Shown: positions 63,502-64,000 of the stretch, in pieces
Layout of the letters: every line of letters starts with the position of its first letter
Numbering within the stretch: the stretch's first letter is position 1
Notes under the pieces: generated by a model
What the model saw: the letters and a program-made list of their open reading frames with translations, nothing else
Told to the model about the DNA's origin: nothing
Database searches by the model: none
Translations under genes and position numbers: made by a program
Source of the DNA: a virus
DNA length: 64,000 nt
Strand: one strand, 5' to 3'
Virus record (IMG/VR): IMGVR_UViG_3300031772_000003
Coordinates: 99,717-163,716 of that record

Positions 63502-64000
63502 CTACGCCCTCTTCCCCCCACGCCACACCCCATCCGCCAAGCGGTACCCACGGCAGATAGGGGCGAAGCCCTTGGGTGCAGCCACGAGGCTGCTGAGGTT
63601 GAGGTAGCCCCCTGCTTTGGGGGCAAAGCCCTCGGGTGCAGCCACGAGGCTGCCGAGGTAAAGGTTGCCCCCTACTTTGGGGGCGAAGCCTTCGGGTGCA
63701 GCCACGAGGCTGCGGAGGTCGAGGCTGCCCCCTGCTTTGGGGGCGAAGCCCTCGGGTGCAGCCACGAGGCTGCTGAGGTCGAGGTCGCCCCCTGCTTGGG
63801 GGGCGAAGCCCTCGGGTACAGTGGTGAGGCTGCTGAGGTAGAGGTAGCCCCCTGCTTTGGGGGCGAAGCCCTCGGGTGCAGCCACGAGGCTGCTGAGGTT
63901 GAGGTAGCCCCCTGCTTTGGGGGCAAAGCCCTCGGGTGCAGCCACGAGGCTGCCGAGGTAAAGGTTGCCCCCTACTTTGGGGGCGAAGCCTTCGGGTGCA
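63502..64000 (-). CDS. LRR-like repeat protein, copy B (5' end beyond window)
   Basis: Frame open to window edge; same 20-aa repeat and near-identical C-terminus as copy A. Confidence 0.8.
   Translation of the reverse strand, partial: APEGFAPKVGGNLYLGSLVAAPEGFAPKAGGYLNLSSLVAAPEGFAPKAGGYLYLSSLTTVPEGFAPQAGGDLDLSSLVAAPEGFAPKAGGSLDLRSLVAAPEGFAPKVGGNLYLGSLVAAPEGFAPKAGGYLNLSSLVAAPKGFAPICRGYRLADGVWRGGKRA
63561..64000. repeat. 60-nt tandem repeat array B
   Basis: 60-nt period; 63581-63700 repeated exactly at 63881-64000 (300-nt higher-order period). Confidence 0.95.

Overview
This 64-kb window looks like part of a large, GC-rich tailed phage with a T4-like packaging module. Almost all credible genes are on the minus strand. 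From the right end leftwards it contains: an LRR-like repeat gene running off the window; a putative nuclease-dead TnpB fused in frame to an ECF-type sigma domain; a RuvC-like resolvase; a C2H2-finger protein; terminase large subunit and gp20-like portal, each with a related mini-intein; a ~3,970-aa modular protein; a GPT collagen-like fibre with a neighbouring glyco-modification enzyme; putative head-associated proteins, including a sigma-region-2-only protein; small accessory genes (Toprim, zincins, second LRR-like gene, KTSC, holin-like, caspase-like, permuted papain); a ~3,090-aa modular protein; a lower-GC cluster of nine glycosyl-/methyltransferase-type genes; and a tRNA-like RNA with a 92-nt insert. 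A conserved 18-nt motif (CACTTGATTCTAGGGGTG, minus strand) precedes seven transcription units. Best candidates for new biology: (1) two giant effector polyproteins (ART, 2H/Acb1-like, Nudix, NTase, JAB, zincin, ParB-like and two unnamed repeated domains) punctuated by ~19 copies of a linker ES(I/V)GxLDRxLxE, possibly capsid-targeting or prohead-protease sites; (2) the dead-TnpB / structured-RNA / sigma fusion, a possible RNA-guided transcription activator; (3) the tRNA scaffold carrying two palindromic-loop hairpins; (4) two LRR-like arrays with mostly adenine-position variation. All family calls come from motif recognition by eye. No searches were run, and coordinates marked ~ are approximate.
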